DNA of 64,000 nucleotides from the NCBI GenBank assembly GCA_902798595.1, contig CADBXE010000005.1, positions 18,274-82,273 of the forward strand, written 5' to 3'. How positions within the stretch are numbered: position 1 is the first letter of the stretch; each line of letters starts with the position of its first letter. A program made the position numbers and the translations under genes. The notes under the pieces are model-generated. The model was not told where the DNA came from. It saw nothing but the letters and a program-made list of their open reading frames with translations, and searched no databases. This document shows, piece by piece, positions 8,394-18,336 of the stretch. This DNA comes from an uncultured Erysipelotrichaceae bacterium. Lineage in GTDB: Bacteria; Bacillota_I; Bacilli_A; RFN20; CAG-826.

Positions 8394-11165
8394 TTAAATG
8401 CTAGAAACAACACTCTTCCAGCTTGTGAAATTTGTTTGAGCAGATGGATAACTATAAGTACCGCCGCTTGAATTTAATCCACTAAAGATTGCTAAGCCGT
8501 GGGAACCGCCAGCGTCAGGATTGTGTCTTTCATAAACAACTAAATTGTTTTGATATTTATTCTTAACAGTATTGATAAGTGAATATTGAGCACTAAAATA
8601 GGAAGAATTTTGAAGTCGAACGAGGAAATCATATCCGTCAATAGTTCCAAAATCCCTATGATAGAATTCTTTAGTGTTAAGTAAAATGTTTTTGAATGCT
8701 GTACGAGCCGAAGCGTTTGAAACGATTTTTGCTTTAACTTGACTTGCAAGTGTCTCAAAACTATTTTTATAGGTTGCCACTTGTGAAAGGTCTAAAACTG
8801 ACATAGTGCTATCGTTAAATGCAATTGGCATATAAGTATCAACTATTTCCTTTGTTATAGCTAATGTATTTTTCTTTGAATAGAGGTCATCAAGCCACTG
8901 ATCATATTTGAAGCCTGCAGCAGTTGAAACTTCTTCTGATGCTACCATGTACTTAAAATATGGAGCATTGAAATCAGCGATGTCTTGAACTTGCATCAAA
9001 CAAGCACTATAAGCGATGAATTCTAATTTGCCATCTATTCTGTTTTTGTAGAATGTGTTTGCAAAGGCATTTTTCATAGAGGATGGTTTCAAAATATGAT
9101 AGCCGTGGGCAAAATCTTGACATACACCTTCCAACGCACCGCCGTGATCCCACATGATAACACCTGTTTTTGTGGCTGGGTAATTTTTAAATCCCCAGTT
9201 TAAGAAATCTTCAAATGTCGATTGAGCCGCCATATCAGCGTTTGTTATTTTACCAGCTGATTTCAATTGTTTGTTTCTAACATAGTAACGATTTAGATAT
9301 GATGAAGAAATGCCATATGCATTGCTTCCCCAAGAAGTAGAACCACCGATTTCTAAAATAATATTGACGTTACTTGGTTGTCCTGAAACAGACAACATTT
9401 CTTGTATGTCAGAGATAGCATAACTTTGCAAATCAGCACCACACATGTAAATCATGATTGTCCATGCTGCTCTGTCATATGAATGGATTAAATACTCAGC
9501 AATCATTTCGATTTCTCTCATGTGGTTTATTGCAGACGCATAGGAAGGATATAAATCAATAGCAGAATTAATGAAATCTACGATTGTCCATGAACCACAT
9601 GAGAGGAGAATGTTCCACATTCTAGCGTGACCAAGTGCTACTTCGTCATCGTATCTATTGACATTATCAAGCATCTTGATCATCATCGCAGTTGTGCTTG
9701 ATTCATATCTTTCACCATACATACGGCCGCTTCCGCCATAAGCAGGAGCAAATCTATCATAATAGACGGTAAAATCTCTATAAGTATCTTGGTACAATTC
9801 ATCACCATAACCAGCAATATCGAATGAATCAGCATAGTACATTTGAGCAGCTAAACCGAGATAAGTAGCTAAGCCTTCTGTATATGCTAATTCAACACCG
9901 TCTTCGCCCAAATTGGCGTGGACATAGTGAGGATTTCTATTGCCATCTACATTGCAAAGACCAAGTTGATCACTAATGAAGTGACCATATTCATGGTTCA
10001 TGACGTCCCAGCTGTGTGCATCTTCTTTTTGGATATCAATGAATTGGACTCTGTTTTTTACATAATCAGTATGGGCTGATGGGAAACGAGTAACAATGGT
10101 GTCCACTGGATCGCCAGTGAATGTCTCAACATAGTTATAAGGAACACTTTGTGCTTGTGTAATTTCATAAGCAGCACCTCTATCACTACTATCGGCAAAG
10201 ATGTAGAGGAATAAATCGAGTTCGAAATAATTTGAAAGCGGTGTTCCGTATGGAAGAGTATAGCAAAGCGGATAGTTTTGATAGAAATTATCTTCAACCG
10301 CAGTTGCTCTACTTACTGAACTTAAACGGCATCTAACATCATTGACGTTGAGTCCACTAGTTGGCACATCCACGACATATTTACCTTCAGCATCTGTGAA
10401 ATGTAAATCGCCTTGGCCTAAAAGTGAATATTGAGTCATGAAATCTGCTCTCACGCCAGCAAGAGGATGATAGTGACCATCTTTATCAACCCAGTTGGCA
10501 TGAAGAATAAGCTTTGTCGTTGAACTATTTGCTCTTGGGGATGTAAGGAAATCGTAATCGTAATCAGAAGCACCATAAACGTAATTAGCATGGTGTACTT
10601 CAGCGGTGTATCTAGAAGGATCATAAGCGGTATAGTAACCATAACTAAAGTTTGATTCGTCACGATATGAGATTTTTTCTCGCTCATCATATGTCATTTC
10701 TTGGTAACGGAATAAACGCGATTTTGCATCATCCATCGAATATGCCGATGCAGCATAATTACCCAACCTCACGTAAATATAGATTGTTGTGAGCACTATG
10801 TTCTTAGACCCTGAACGATAACCAAATTGAATGAAATGCCCACCATTAGAATCTGGTGCAGTTATTGTTATTTCAGCATAGTCATCGTAGAAAGAATAAC
10901 TCACTTCAATGTCGTCATCGTTTCTCAAAATCTGGAAGCTCTGGTATTCCTTTTCGAAACTGACTGTGACGGTAAACTGATAAAGGGTATCTCCTTCTTG
11001 CTCTGAGAACCAATAATTCTTTTGGTAATCGTTTGGAGCGTGATTCACTGTTTCCTTAACTTCCGGTTGAATAGCTTCAGCGGAGTTTGCTGTAATCCCT
11101 CTCCCCGCGTTAAAACTTGCCGCAAGTGCGCAAACAAGTGATGCAATAATAACTTTTGAATGCAT
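8394..11165 (-). CDS. secreted HEXXH metallopeptidase / C11 clostripain-like cysteine peptidase fusion protein, paralog 1 (923 aa)
   Basis: Signal peptide MHSKVIIASLVCALAASFN. HEYGH is followed +35 aa by TEGLATYLG. C11 motifs are AWTIMIYMCGAD, MWDHGG and YSACLMQVQD. A GGAGG RBS lies 7 nt upstream. Confidence 0.7.
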   Translation of the reverse strand: MHSKVIIASLVCALAASFNAGRGITANSAEAIQPEVKETVNHAPNDYQKNYWFSEQEGDTLYQFTVTVSFEKEYQSFQILRNDDDIEVSYSFYDDYAEITITAPDSNGGHFIQFGYRSGSKNIVLTTIYIYVRLGNYAASAYSMDDAKSRLFRYQEMTYDEREKISYRDESNFSYGYYTAYDPSRYTAEVHHANYVYGASDYDYDFLTSPRANSSTTKLILHANWVDKDGHYHPLAGVRADFMTQYSLLGQGDLHFTDAEGKYVVDVPTSGLNVNDVRCRLSSVSRATAVEDNFYQNYPLCYTLPYGTPLSNYFELDLFLYIFADSSDRGAAYEITQAQSVPYNYVETFTGDPVDTIVTRFPSAHTDYVKNRVQFIDIQKEDAHSWDVMNHEYGHFISDQLGLCNVDGNRNPHYVHANLGEDGVELAYTEGLATYLGLAAQMYYADSFDIAGYGDELYQDTYRDFTVYYDRFAPAYGGSGRMYGERYESSTTAMMIKMLDNVNRYDDEVALGHARMWNILLSCGSWTIVDFINSAIDLYPSYASAINHMREIEMIAEYLIHSYDRAAWTIMIYMCGADLQSYAISDIQEMLSVSGQPSNVNIILEIGGSTSWGSNAYGISSSYLNRYYVRNKQLKSAGKITNADMAAQSTFEDFLNWGFKNYPATKTGVIMWDHGGALEGVCQDFAHGYHILKPSSMKNAFANTFYKNRIDGKLEFIAYSACLMQVQDIADFNAPYFKYMVASEEVSTAAGFKYDQWLDDLYSKKNTLAITKEIVDTYMPIAFNDSTMSVLDLSQVATYKNSFETLASQVKAKIVSNASARTAFKNILLNTKEFYHRDFGTIDGYDFLVRLQNSSYFSAQYSLINTVKNKYQNNLVVYERHNPDAGGSHGLAIFSGLNSSGGTYSYPSAQTNFTSWKSVVSSI

Positions 11166-11398
11166 TTTTAGACCTCCTTTGCAAAATAAAAGTTAGAACT
11201 ACAATATTCAGACTGATTTGCTTAAAAGGCATAATGAAAAACGAGTCGTTATTTCTGGTTTTCTTTTGTTTTCCAACAAATTCATTCCTTTTTTAAATCT
11301 CACATTATCCGAGATTGCAAACAGTCTTTTCAAACTATTTTTTGGATTCTTGCTGAAAACAGGTGCACCAGTATTTTCGAATCAATAAATCTACATTC

Positions 11399-11426
11399 AG
11401 TCTAACTTTTTTAAATCAATATTCAA
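11399..11426 (-). promoter_or_regulatory. candidate sigma-70-type promoter of paralog 1 (TTGAAT-16-TAGACT)
   Basis: The -10 TAGACT lies inside a block (AGTTAGACTGAATGTAG) conserved upstream of paralog 2, and partly upstream of paralog 3. It implies a ~225-nt 5' UTR. Confidence 0.35.
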
Positions 11427-11534
11427 CACTTATTGATTTTGTTACAATGTCACACAAAAATACTGGTCTAATCATAATTTATTAAAATGTTTACTATTTT
11501 CGCTAAAAGTTTACGTTTTTAGACATTGTCACAA

Positions 11535-11582
11535 TAAAAATGGTGACTAGACCGAAGTTACACTTTTTCGGTTTTTGTCACC
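11535..11582 (-). terminator. intrinsic terminator after paralog 2 (repeat copy A)
   Basis: Minus strand reads GGTGACAAAAACCGAAA-loop-CTTCGGTCTAGTCACC followed by ATTTTT. Almost the same element recurs at 14807-14852 and 18264-18309. Confidence 0.7.
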
Positions 11583-11613
11583 ATTTCTATTTTAAATACT
11601 ATTCAATGATTAA

Positions 11614-14601
11614 TCAGTAGAATAGATTCCTCCAGTTATAGAAATGCGTTTGATTAATATCGTAGGTTTGCACACTATTGATATCAACATGAATAGCAAG
11701 ACCATGTGTCCTTGCGATGACACTACGATGGTATAAAACAAGATTGTTATATGCTGTTAAAGCAGCATTGATACGATATGAGTATTGTGAGAAATACTGA
11801 TTGTTTAACAATCTTGTTAAGAAATCTTTGCCGTCATATGTTCCTAAAGTATAAGAAGAATTAAAGCTATATGACCCGGTTATTACTGATTTAAACTGGT
11901 TAAAGTTGTTACGGACGGTGCTATAAATATTACTAGCAAGGTTTTCAAACGCTGTTTTATAGGCTGCCATATTAGATAGTTTCAAAACCGAAAGTGTGCC
12001 AGCTTCGTAAGAACCTTCACGAATGCAGCCAGATTCTTCAACGTATGTATCACAGATTTCTCTAAGAATATTTTCTGTGCTATCGTCGTCATATACATTA
12101 TCCAACCATTTATCGTATACCCAGCCTTTTTCTCCTTCATCTTCTTCTGACGCAACCATGTAATTGAAGTAATTAGAATTGAATTCAGCAACATCCTGAA
12201 GTTGCATTTCACAGCAATCGTAGCCAATGAATTCTAATTTACTAATCCCCAATTCGTAAAAGACTTCTTCGCATGCACTTGCTGTTTCATAGTTGGTTAG
12301 CTTGTTATCTGAGTATTCATCATTGCAGCAACCATTAAGAGCAAATCCATGATTCCATAAAATGACACCTGTTTTTTGTGCTGGATAATTTGTTAAACCC
12401 CAGTATAAAAAATCTTCAAAAGTAGCTTGATTACCCATGTCTTCTAATGGAGCGTCATAAATATCATAATCAGGAATTAGATTATGGTTTTTAACTTTGA
12501 AGCGGCAGATACATTCCGGATTAATCATTGGATTATGCCAATAGGTAGAACCACCAGTTTGGATAATGACATTTACGTTTTCTGGTTGGCCATTAACTTT
12601 TAATATAGCTTCAATGTTGTCGCTAGCAAAATGACCTTGAGGATTCTCTAATGTTGAACCACACATATAAATCATAATTGTCCATGCATCCTGTTCATTT
12701 GCTTGAGGAACATGAGTTACATTTCTTTCCAAATCTAAAATATAGTTGATGTATTTTGTTTCACCTGCTTTGTACAAAAGCGCTTCTGCTATGAAATCGT
12801 TTAAAATATTGCAGCGTCCGTTTCGTATAAAGTTCCACATTTCTTGGTGTCCCCAAGCAATGCGATCTCTATATCTATCACCATCATCTAAGAATTTGAG
12901 CATTGTGCTTGTAATCGCGGATTCAATGGCCTCAATTTGAATTATGTTATTGCCAGTCGCGCCAGGAGCATAAGCACCATAATCCACTGTTAGGCCTCTA
13001 TAAGAATCTTCATATACTTCATCTCCAACGCCTGCGATGTTTGCATTAGGGTTATTCTCTTTAAAATAGAGTTGGGAGGCAATACCAATATATGTCGCTA
13101 AACCTTCACTAAAGGCTAATCGTTTGCCTATTTCATCTCCATATTTATTGGCTAGGTTCTCATGTACGCCATGTGGTCTTCTTGGCGCGGTATAGCCAAA
13201 CAAATAACAGAGGGAAAGCATATCATCAATATAGTGAGCATATTCATGATTCAATACATCCCAGCTCTCATAATCTTCTTTTTGAATATAACTGACATAG
13301 TCGTACCATGGCCAATCATGATATTCAGTGTGAGGTGCCGGATAGACAGTTCTCAAAGGATTAACAGCGTATGCAAAATCTTTTACATAGTCGTAAGGAA
13401 GACCTTGAGCTTGACAAATTTCATAAGCAGCCGCTCTATCACTCTTATCAGGGCGGACGGTTACGTAGTAATCAACATATGAATAAGTACTTAATGCAAG
13501 GTAATGCAAGCCTTCCAAAACACTACTCTTTTGAGAATAACAATATGGGTAATTATTAAGTAAGTAATCTTCTACATAGGTGGCTCTATTAACAGACGCA
13601 ATTCTAAATTGAACTTCGTTTAAACAATAATTAACAGCAACATTTCCAGGGACAACTACTTCCAAAACACCGTTGGTGTCTGTAACAGCATAATATGACG
13701 TAGAAGCAAAAGAACAATCTGCCGGTGTTAAGAAATTAGCGTACATTCCAGCTAACGGATGAGATGCTCCGTTTTTATCTAGCCAGTTAGCGTGTAAACG
13801 CAGTGTTACTGAACCACTATATCCAATAGGACGTGTAACACTTCTAGTTGTGGTAATATCTTGGGTTCCATAAACAAACTCACCGAAGCGCTTTTCAGCA
13901 TCAAATGCTGTTGGTGCATAATATTTAGGTCTGTTTGGGATGATAGGAATTGTAGGATCAAATGGTTTTATTATTTTATCAATTAAACCATTGGCTAGTT
14001 TTTCGCCACTATTCATCGATAAAGTAGATGCTCTGGTAGGACTGGCATTTCTTGTTATTCCTAATGAATCCGGAACAGTATAGTATTCTCGACCATTATT
14101 CAAAAAACTCCTTTCAGTGTCCGTTACCATATATTCCATAAAAAACTTAGCTCTAGCATCGTTCGCAGATAATGATGATGCATAATAACGGGAACCATTG
14201 GAATAAATGTAAACTGAACCAAGAGGGACATATTTTCCCCAAGACCAATCTCCGAATTTTACAAAATAGTCACCAGCTTGAGTAGGAACAACAACGGTAA
14301 ACTCAACGCGGTTCTGACTAGTGAAAATTGAATAATGAATATTTAACCCTTCGGTAGCATCATTGATTCCAACACCACTGCCAAAGGGATTTTCACAATT
14401 TAGTGTGACTAAAACAGCAGTGCCAGCGTTACCACAAGGGTTAGCAATATCAACTTCCTGATGATAATCATTAGGAGCACAGCTAACTCCTTCTTCTACG
14501 CTATGGCTAGCCTTACTAAACGGATTAGCAATAAATTTACCATTGTTAAAGCTAGCGGCAAGCGCGCAAACAAGTGATGCAATAATAACTTTTGAATGCA
14601 T
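11614..14601 (-). CDS. secreted HEXXH metallopeptidase / C11 clostripain-like fusion protein, paralog 2 (995 aa)
   Basis: Same signal peptide as paralog 1. HEYAH is followed by SEGLATYIG. C11 motifs are AWTIMIYMCGST, LWNHG and YDCCEMQLQD. GGAGG RBS. Confidence 0.7.
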   Translation of the reverse strand: MHSKVIIASLVCALAASFNNGKFIANPFSKASHSVEEGVSCAPNDYHQEVDIANPCGNAGTAVLVTLNCENPFGSGVGINDATEGLNIHYSIFTSQNRVEFTVVVPTQAGDYFVKFGDWSWGKYVPLGSVYIYSNGSRYYASSLSANDARAKFFMEYMVTDTERSFLNNGREYYTVPDSLGITRNASPTRASTLSMNSGEKLANGLIDKIIKPFDPTIPIIPNRPKYYAPTAFDAEKRFGEFVYGTQDITTTRSVTRPIGYSGSVTLRLHANWLDKNGASHPLAGMYANFLTPADCSFASTSYYAVTDTNGVLEVVVPGNVAVNYCLNEVQFRIASVNRATYVEDYLLNNYPYCYSQKSSVLEGLHYLALSTYSYVDYYVTVRPDKSDRAAAYEICQAQGLPYDYVKDFAYAVNPLRTVYPAPHTEYHDWPWYDYVSYIQKEDYESWDVLNHEYAHYIDDMLSLCYLFGYTAPRRPHGVHENLANKYGDEIGKRLAFSEGLATYIGIASQLYFKENNPNANIAGVGDEVYEDSYRGLTVDYGAYAPGATGNNIIQIEAIESAITSTMLKFLDDGDRYRDRIAWGHQEMWNFIRNGRCNILNDFIAEALLYKAGETKYINYILDLERNVTHVPQANEQDAWTIMIYMCGSTLENPQGHFASDNIEAILKVNGQPENVNVIIQTGGSTYWHNPMINPECICRFKVKNHNLIPDYDIYDAPLEDMGNQATFEDFLYWGLTNYPAQKTGVILWNHGFALNGCCNDEYSDNKLTNYETASACEEVFYELGISKLEFIGYDCCEMQLQDVAEFNSNYFNYMVASEEDEGEKGWVYDKWLDNVYDDDSTENILREICDTYVEESGCIREGSYEAGTLSVLKLSNMAAYKTAFENLASNIYSTVRNNFNQFKSVITGSYSFNSSYTLGTYDGKDFLTRLLNNQYFSQYSYRINAALTAYNNLVLYHRSVIARTHGLAIHVDINSVQTYDINQTHFYNWRNLFY

Positions 14602-14671
14602 ATTTTACCTCCTTACATAAAAGTTAAAAGCAAATATATCACGGTTCTATATTTATAAAATCTCTACATTC

Positions 14672-14699
14672 AGTCTAACTTTTTTGCGTTTTTGGTCAA
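14672..14699 (-). promoter_or_regulatory. candidate promoter of paralog 2 (TTGACC-16-TAGACT)
   Basis: Conserved AGTTAGACTGAATGTAG block, as upstream of paralog 1. Confidence 0.35.
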
Positions 14700-14806
14700 T
14701 AATTATCGATTGTGTCATAATATCACGCAAAACGTAGATTGCTTCAGTATTTATTAAAAGAATGATGTTTTTGTGAATGGATTGGGGTTTCACGCATTGT
14801 TGTAAC

Positions 14807-14852
14807 AAAAAAGGTGACTGAACCGAAGTTACTCTCTTCGATTTTTGTCACC
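14807..14852 (-). terminator. intrinsic terminator after paralog 3 (repeat copy B)
   Basis: GGTGACAAAAATCGAAGAGAGTAACTTCGGTTCAGTCACC followed by TTTTTT on the minus strand. Confidence 0.7.
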
Positions 14853-14879
14853 ATTATTTTTTATAGTTTTAAATGATAA

Positions 14880-17800
14880 TTATAAGAATAGATTTCTCCA
14901 ATTGTTGAAATGTGTCTCCTCTGCTGGATACACTTGTTCACTTTTATCTGTGTAGACATGTATGGCTAAACCATAGGAAAAAGATTGTGCCCTTTGTTTT
15001 CCATAGCTTGCTCTAAAGTATCTTACTAGGCCATTATCAGATTCCATTCTGACGCTGTAATCGTCATATACTTCACGCCTTGCATCATTTAAAAGAACGC
15101 TTAACACTGCATCTATTTTTGTGACAACTTGTTCAGCCATTGAAGATGGTATTTCGCCATAATCAGCCTTTGTGTTGTATTCACGTTTTAAACCATTAAG
15201 GTATTGAACGCAATCAACCATACCGTGTTGAAGTGGTTGTGCATCATGAGACCACTGACCATAGTAGTTGCAATTAACAGAAGCAGCGAATGTATAGCCT
15301 TGTGACTTATGGTCTAAAAGTAGGCCTGCAAGTTCTTCGAATCTTTGATGATATTCTTCCATGTGCCTCAAATCAAGCACGGATAAGTGTTGTTCCCAAG
15401 TTGTCGTTTCATCATAGTCGCCATGCATATATTCATCAACCATGCCATCAGCAATTCCTTTTAAGATAGTTAATGTATCTTCGTTGGCGAACAAGAGAGG
15501 TAACCATGCATCATAGTCCCACATTGACTCAGCAAGTTCTTCTTCTTCGGAACCAATCATGTAGTTGAAATATCTGGAATTAAATTCTGCAACGTCTTGT
15601 AATTGCATTAAGCATGCATCGTAGCCAACAAATTCTAACTTGTCTATTCCTCTAGCTGTGAGCACATTATCTAGGGCCCTCGATGTTTCGGTGACACGTA
15701 GAGGGTTTTCTTGTCCTCTATCCATACCATACGTATCAAAGCAAACACCTTGTATGCCACGTCCGTGGTCAAAGAAAATTACCCCTGTTTTTTTGGCTGG
15801 GTAATTATCTAAACCCCACGCTAAGAATTCTTCGAAAGTATCTTGTTTACCCATGTTATCTGCTGGGAGTGGATCTCCACACATTGAAATTCCACCATCG
15901 CTTATGCAATAACGAAATAAACCATCTCCATAACTATCGAAATAGTCACAATTTGTCTCCATCACAATTTTAATTTTTGATGATTGTCCATCACAAGCAG
16001 CAGAAAGCATTTCGTTGATTTGATTAGGGACAGATAAGCCTCCTCCATCAAGCATATACATCAAAATAGTCCATTCACCTTGGTTAGGATTTGGTAGATC
16101 TGGGAGGTCCCAGTTAGTTGGAACTCTCAAACCTTCATTGAGGATAACTGTGGCAATTTCACTATCAACACCACACCAATCTCCTACTGCTTCGATAAAG
16201 ATATTAAGGTCGCTTCCAAACCAACTTGCTACTTGAATGATGTCACACATATCTGAATCGCCTAAAGCGACTGTGTCACCCGTTCTAACAACGTTATCTA
16301 ATAATTTAATCATTAAAGAAGTAACACTAGCTTCAACTGCGTCTTGATAGAGCATGGCTAAACCATTGGATGTTGGATTGAATTCGTTGTAATCAACATA
16401 GACATTTCTAAAAGCGTCTTCATAAATTTCATCACCAACGCCTTCAACATCTAAGTTAGAACCACCATACATTTGTGAAGCGATACCTAAGTAAGTCGCT
16501 AAACCTTCAGAATAGGCGAGTTTTAAGCCTAGTTCATCACCATAAATTTGGGATAAATCCTCATGTATTTTGTGTGGCAATCTACCTTGAGGAATTTCGC
16601 AGAGCTCAAGTTCATTACAAATATGATGGCCATATTCGTGATTTAACACATCCCAGTTGTTATAGTCATGCTTATCGAATTTAAGAATACCATTATCATA
16701 GCCAATTGTATTTGCTGGATAGTAAACTTTCGCCGCACCAACTGGTTCAGCAAAAGTAGCTGCATAGTTATATGGAACATATTCGGCTTCGCAAATCTCA
16801 TAAGAGGACGCCCTATCGCTGCGTTCTGGATAGACAACGACATCATACTGAATAAGGGAATAGTCTGAAATACATTCGCTATTAGGAATATGGTATGTAG
16901 TTCCTTCAATAACCAAGTCGTTATCTTTGTTCCTAAATAAATACGGATAATTCAAACCCAATCCATCTTCAATTGCTACAGCCTTGTTAATGCTAGATAA
17001 CTGGATGCTAATATTACCAAATGTAAGACTATGTACCATCGAATCGGGTATTTTAAGGTTTGCGGTACCAGAGTTATCTGTATAATATTTTGGGGCTCCA
17101 ACGAACGGATCATCTGGAACGACATTATTATCACCTTTCAAAAAACTAACTTTGACACCGATCAATGGATGTTGATTACCGTTTTCATCGACCCATTTAG
17201 CTTTAACTCTAAGTGATGTTCCAAGAAGCATAGATCTAGGAGATCCATCCTTTGCATAAATTTTTGTCGTTGTTTCCACATCGTTGGTCGGACCATAAAC
17301 ATAGTCAGTAAATTCCTTGATTGCATCGTTTCTGCTGCTAAGGAAATCAAAGTGGCCTATTGTTGGAGGAATAACTATGCCCCCAGTTAGGTCATCAATC
17401 GGTATACCTCTAGGCTGATAATCATTAGAAAAACGTGGATTGTCAATAATCGGGAAGTCTAGGCCACCGGTTAAATCAGGCAACATTTCATTGTGAAGAT
17501 TGCCGAGATCCAAATTAAAATCGTACTGTTTATTTAGCAATTCAAACTTACAAGATCTGCTGGCAACATATCGAAAAAAGAATTTTTCTCTTGCGTCATC
17601 GGCAGACAAAGATGAAGCAACGCCTTTCGTACCATCCGAGTAGATATACATTATTCCGTTTGAAGCATTGTAATAATTAAAGCGACCAAACGTAACTTTG
17701 TAGTCACCTTGAACTTGAGGAATGGTGACGCGAACGAAAATTGAACCATCACGTGTGATTGTTCTAGCTTGAAGCGCGGAACTTGTTTGACTTGAAATAA

Positions 17801-18038
17801 TTCTAAATTCGCCTATTGTGCCCGCTTCAAAGATGTATTCTCCTTCGATTTCTTCTCCGGCATTTGCAAAATCTGTTGTGATGTTGAAATAGCCATTTTC
17901 GGCATTTGGAGCATCGCAAACTATACCACTCATATTAGTCTTGCCTGCTTTTTCTATGTTTCTAAAAAATACCTTTCCAACATTAGAATTAGCCGCAAGA
18001 GCGCATATAAGTGAAGCAATAATAACTTTTGTATGCAT
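14880..18038 (-). CDS. secreted HEXXH metallopeptidase / C11 clostripain-like fusion protein, paralog 3 (1052 aa)
   Basis: Start set at MHTKVIIASLICALAA (ATG 18038, GGAGG RBS 8 nt upstream), not the ORF-track start at 18095. HEYGH is followed by SEGLATYLG. C11 motifs are EWTILMYM, FFDHGRG and YDACLMQLQD. Confidence 0.7.
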   Translation of the reverse strand: MHTKVIIASLICALAANSNVGKVFFRNIEKAGKTNMSGIVCDAPNAENGYFNITTDFANAGEEIEGEYIFEAGTIGEFRIISSQTSSALQARTITRDGSIFVRVTIPQVQGDYKVTFGRFNYYNASNGIMYIYSDGTKGVASSLSADDAREKFFFRYVASRSCKFELLNKQYDFNLDLGNLHNEMLPDLTGGLDFPIIDNPRFSNDYQPRGIPIDDLTGGIVIPPTIGHFDFLSSRNDAIKEFTDYVYGPTNDVETTTKIYAKDGSPRSMLLGTSLRVKAKWVDENGNQHPLIGVKVSFLKGDNNVVPDDPFVGAPKYYTDNSGTANLKIPDSMVHSLTFGNISIQLSSINKAVAIEDGLGLNYPYLFRNKDNDLVIEGTTYHIPNSECISDYSLIQYDVVVYPERSDRASSYEICEAEYVPYNYAATFAEPVGAAKVYYPANTIGYDNGILKFDKHDYNNWDVLNHEYGHHICNELELCEIPQGRLPHKIHEDLSQIYGDELGLKLAYSEGLATYLGIASQMYGGSNLDVEGVGDEIYEDAFRNVYVDYNEFNPTSNGLAMLYQDAVEASVTSLMIKLLDNVVRTGDTVALGDSDMCDIIQVASWFGSDLNIFIEAVGDWCGVDSEIATVILNEGLRVPTNWDLPDLPNPNQGEWTILMYMLDGGGLSVPNQINEMLSAACDGQSSKIKIVMETNCDYFDSYGDGLFRYCISDGGISMCGDPLPADNMGKQDTFEEFLAWGLDNYPAKKTGVIFFDHGRGIQGVCFDTYGMDRGQENPLRVTETSRALDNVLTARGIDKLEFVGYDACLMQLQDVAEFNSRYFNYMIGSEEEELAESMWDYDAWLPLLFANEDTLTILKGIADGMVDEYMHGDYDETTTWEQHLSVLDLRHMEEYHQRFEELAGLLLDHKSQGYTFAASVNCNYYGQWSHDAQPLQHGMVDCVQYLNGLKREYNTKADYGEIPSSMAEQVVTKIDAVLSVLLNDARREVYDDYSVRMESDNGLVRYFRASYGKQRAQSFSYGLAIHVYTDKSEQVYPAEETHFNNWRNLFL

Positions 18039-18126
18039 TACAAAACCTCCTTGCATATAAATACAGAAACCAGGATAAGCAAATCGTCTATTCAAAGCGA
18101 ATCAAGGTTTCACTTTATCTTCAATT

Positions 18127-18155
18127 AGTCTAGCTTTTATTATTGTTTTAGTTAA
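18127..18155 (-). promoter_or_regulatory. candidate promoter of paralog 3 (TTAACT-17-TAGACT)
   Basis: Same TAGACT -10 hexamer as the other two paralogs, in a similar position relative to the upstream terminator repeat. Confidence 0.3.
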
Positions 18156-18263
18156 TCTAATATTTTTTCCGAAAATATAATCGAAAATATAGACTCCATC
18201 ATGCTTTTATTTAAAAACAGCATTTTTTTGTCACGCTATGGCGCTTTTTGCTGATTTTTTAAC

Positions 18264-18309
18264 AAAAAAGGTGACAGAATCGAAGTTACTCTCTTCGGTT
18301 TTTGTCACC
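18264..18309 (-). terminator. intrinsic terminator after the cysteine-hydrolase gene (repeat copy C)
   Basis: GGTGACAAAAACCGAAGAGAGTAACTTCGATTCTGTCACC followed by TTTTTT on the minus strand. Confidence 0.7.
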
Positions 18310-18336
18310 ATTATTTGTTTTGATTGTTTTAGTTAA

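Noticed and set aside
18039-18095. Upstream extension of protease paralog 3 (MNRRFAYPGFCIYMQGGFV...) given in the ORF track
   Set aside because: The conserved signal peptide MH(S/T)KVIIASL starts at 18038 with a GGAGG RBS 8 nt upstream, exactly as in the two paralogs, and the extension would bury the RBS. For the same reason I trimmed the track starts at 6543, 34872, 36536, 39201, 41005, 43273, 43542, 47633, 49973, 53105, 56971 and 59068.
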